The position numbers and the translations under genes were made by a program. Below the pieces are notes generated by a model. That model saw nothing but the letters and a program-made list of their open reading frames with translations. It searched no databases and had not been told where the DNA came from. A stretch of DNA of 64,000 bases from an uncultured delta proteobacterium (GTDB taxonomy: Bacteria > Desulfobacterota > Binatia > JACPRU01), in assembly GCA_963745025.1 (NCBI GenBank), contig CAVUWD010000002.1, positions 160,001-224,000 on the forward strand, written 5' to 3'. The first letter of the stretch is position 1; each line of letters opens with the position of its first letter. This document shows positions 62,082 to 64,000 of the stretch, piece by piece.

Positions 62082-63449
62082 GTGGATCAGTCCTCTGCGA
62101 AGGTGCCCCCGCACAGCCTCGAGGCCGAGGCGGCGGTGCTCGGCGGCATCCTTCTCGACAACACGGCGCTTGACCGCGTCGCCGAGCACGTTTCAGCGGA
62201 GGACTTCTACCGCGAAGCGCACCGCAAGATTTTCCGAGCGGCGTCCGAGCTCTCGCAACGCTCCGAGCCGATCGATCTGCTGACGCTCACCGAGGCGCTC
62301 AAGACGCGCGGCGAGCTGGCCGAGGTCGGAGGCGCCGCATACGTCAGCGAGCTGGCCGATCGCGCCCTCTCGGCCGCCAACATTCAGTACCACGCGCGGA
62401 TCATCCGCGAGAAGGCGATTCTGCGCGGGCTGATCGCCACGGCCTCCGAAATCGTCTCCCGCGGCTACGAGGCGCGCGAGGAAGTCGCCCGCTTCGTCGA
62501 CGAGGCGGAGCAGGCGATCTACCAGATCGCCGAGAAGAAGACGCGCGGCGCGTTCACGCGCGTAGGCGACATGATCACCGAGACCTTCCGCCACATCGAG
62601 CAGCTGTACGAGCGGAAGGAGATGGTGACCGGCGTGGCCACTGGATTCACCGATCTCGATCGCATGACCGCCGGCCTCCAGCCCTCCGACTTGATCATCG
62701 TCGCCGGTCGCCCGAGCATGGGCAAGACGAGCTTCTGTCTGAACATCGCCGAGCACGTGGCGATCGAAAACGGGACCGGCGTCGCGGTGTTCTCGCTCGA
62801 GATGTCGAAGGAGCAGCTCGTGTTGCGCATGCTCTGCTCGCAGGCGCGCGTCGACCTCTCCAAGGTACGCACCGGGTTCCTGGCGCAGAAGGATTTTCCG
62901 CGCCTGGCGGAGGCGGCGGGGCGGATCCACGACGCGCCGATCTACGTCGACGACACGCCGGCGCTGTCGGCCCTGGAGCTGCGGGCCAAAGCGCGTCGGT
63001 TGAAGCGAGACAAGGACGCGAAGCTCGGGCTCATCATCGTCGATTATCTGCAGCTCATGCGGGGGTCCGGCGCGCGCGACGACAGCCGGGAGCAAGAGAT
63101 CTCGCAGATCTCAGGGTCGCTGAAGGCGCTGGCCAAGGAGCTTCGCCTCCCCGTCATCGCCCTGTCGCAGCTGAACCGCCAGGTCGAGGGGCGCAATCCG
63201 CCGAAGCCGCGCATGGCGGACCTACGCGAATCGGGCGCCATCGAACAGGACGCCGACGTGATCGCGTTCATCTACCGTGACGAGCTCTACAATCCGCAAA
63301 GCCGCGACCAAGGTGTGGCCGAGATCATCATCGCCAAGCAGCGGAATGGTCCCGTAGGCGACGTTCGTCTTGCCTTCCGCAGCGAGTACACCCGCTTCGA
63401 GAACTTCGAGGAAGCGCTTCCCGACTTGTCCGCCGACGGCCAGGCCTGA
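62082..63449 (+). CDS. dnaB: Replicative DNA helicase
   Basis: PPHSLEAE, AGRPSMGKT, DYLQLM, SQLNR, DLRESGAIEQDAD, KQRNGP; no intein. Confidence 0.97.
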   Translation: MDQSSAKVPPHSLEAEAAVLGGILLDNTALDRVAEHVSAEDFYREAHRKIFRAASELSQRSEPIDLLTLTEALKTRGELAEVGGAAYVSELADRALSAANIQYHARIIREKAILRGLIATASEIVSRGYEAREEVARFVDEAEQAIYQIAEKKTRGAFTRVGDMITETFRHIEQLYERKEMVTGVATGFTDLDRMTAGLQPSDLIIVAGRPSMGKTSFCLNIAEHVAIENGTGVAVFSLEMSKEQLVLRMLCSQARVDLSKVRTGFLAQKDFPRLAEAAGRIHDAPIYVDDTPALSALELRAKARRLKRDKDAKLGLIIVDYLQLMRGSGARDDSREQEISQISGSLKALAKELRLPVIALSQLNRQVEGRNPPKPRMADLRESGAIEQDADVIAFIYRDELYNPQSRDQGVAEIIIAKQRNGPVGDVRLAFRSEYTRFENFEEALPDLSADGQA

Positions 63450-63701
63450 GGCCTCGGAGAGTGGCCGTGGCGGCCCCGCGGACTCCAGGACACGCGACGC
63501 GAGAGTCGATCGAGAGAGCCACCCCAGCCGCCTGGATGGAGCTCCCGCACGGCCGCAGTCGGAAATCGCTCGTGCGTCAGCGACACTTCCGTCCCCGGGT
63601 CACGGCTGCGAGACTCCAACGTGCCCCGCGTCTCGCCGACGTCCTCGCCGTGCTCCCATCGCCAGGTGGAAACCGGACGCTCCGGAGGCCGGACCTCGGG
63701 A

Positions 63702-64000
63702 TCAGCCCTGAAACATCGCGCGTTCTTCGGAGATGAGCGGGCGGAACGAAGGACGCTCGTGGACGGCTGCCAGATAGGCCGCGAGCTTCGGCCAGCGCTT
63801 GGTGTCGACGCCGAAACCGCAGTGGAACAGGTTCACGAACTGCGACGCCACGCCGATGTCGCCCACCGTGAACTGCTTACCGACGAGCGTGCTCGCTCCC
63901 GGCGCGAGCTGACTCTCGAGATAGTCGAACATCGGTGGGAGCTCCTCCTCGACCGCCTTCTTGACCACGGCCTCGTCGGTCTTCTGATTGAAGAAGCGCG
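63702..64000 (-). CDS. Glutathione S-transferase family, C-terminal part (runs off window)
   Basis: FDYLESQL, LVG.QFTVGDI, WPKLAAYL..RPSF. Confidence 0.8.
   Translation of the reverse strand, partial: RFFNQKTDEAVVKKAVEEELPPMFDYLESQLAPGASTLVGKQFTVGDIGVASQFVNLFHCGFGVDTKRWPKLAAYLAAVHERPSFRPLISEERAMFQG

Noticed and set aside
62082-63449. Intein in DnaB
   Set aside because: 455 aa, colinear with canonical DnaB, no splicing motifs.

Overview
High-GC bacterial chromosome segment. Gene content is deltaproteobacterial-like (possibly Ca. Binatia or Myxococcota; this is inference only). 1-13.5 kb: accessory metabolic genes, including DUF3047, crotonase, acyl-CoA dehydrogenase, a PQQ/haem-c alcohol dehydrogenase with a D-x-D lanthanide-type motif, a radical SAM enzyme, an SbcD-like phosphoesterase and an APH kinase pair. 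13.6-19.0 kb: a decayed integron cassette array with no integrase in the window (CALIN), sitting at the 3' side of tRNA-Pro(GGG). It has 2 intact and about 6 degenerate or half attC sites, all minus-oriented, and two toxin-antitoxin cassettes. 19-30 kb: arnT-waaF-cysC converges on a bamD-moeB-thrC-moaD-cysM-NIL-moeB2-sat sulfur-relay operon. 31-35 kb: an ECF transporter with a QueT-like S component coupled to a secreted S1/P1 nuclease. 40-44.7 kb: fabF-fabH plus a tandem ArsA/GET3 ATPase pair. The rest is core genes: lapAB-like, rsfS, nadD, proAB, obgE, rpmA, rplU, cutA, pilT-pilT-pilU, rlpA, fadB/thiolase, dnaB. Non-coding highlights are three copies of a covarying multi-hairpin repeat with an invariant CCGAGTACGG loop (one copy flanked by a 20-bp direct repeat), inverted heptamer arrays in empty and filled states, a REP-like cluster and many short gene remnants. 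Dense frameshifts at about 26-28.5, 38.2-39 and 59.7-62 kb look like sequencing or consensus errors.
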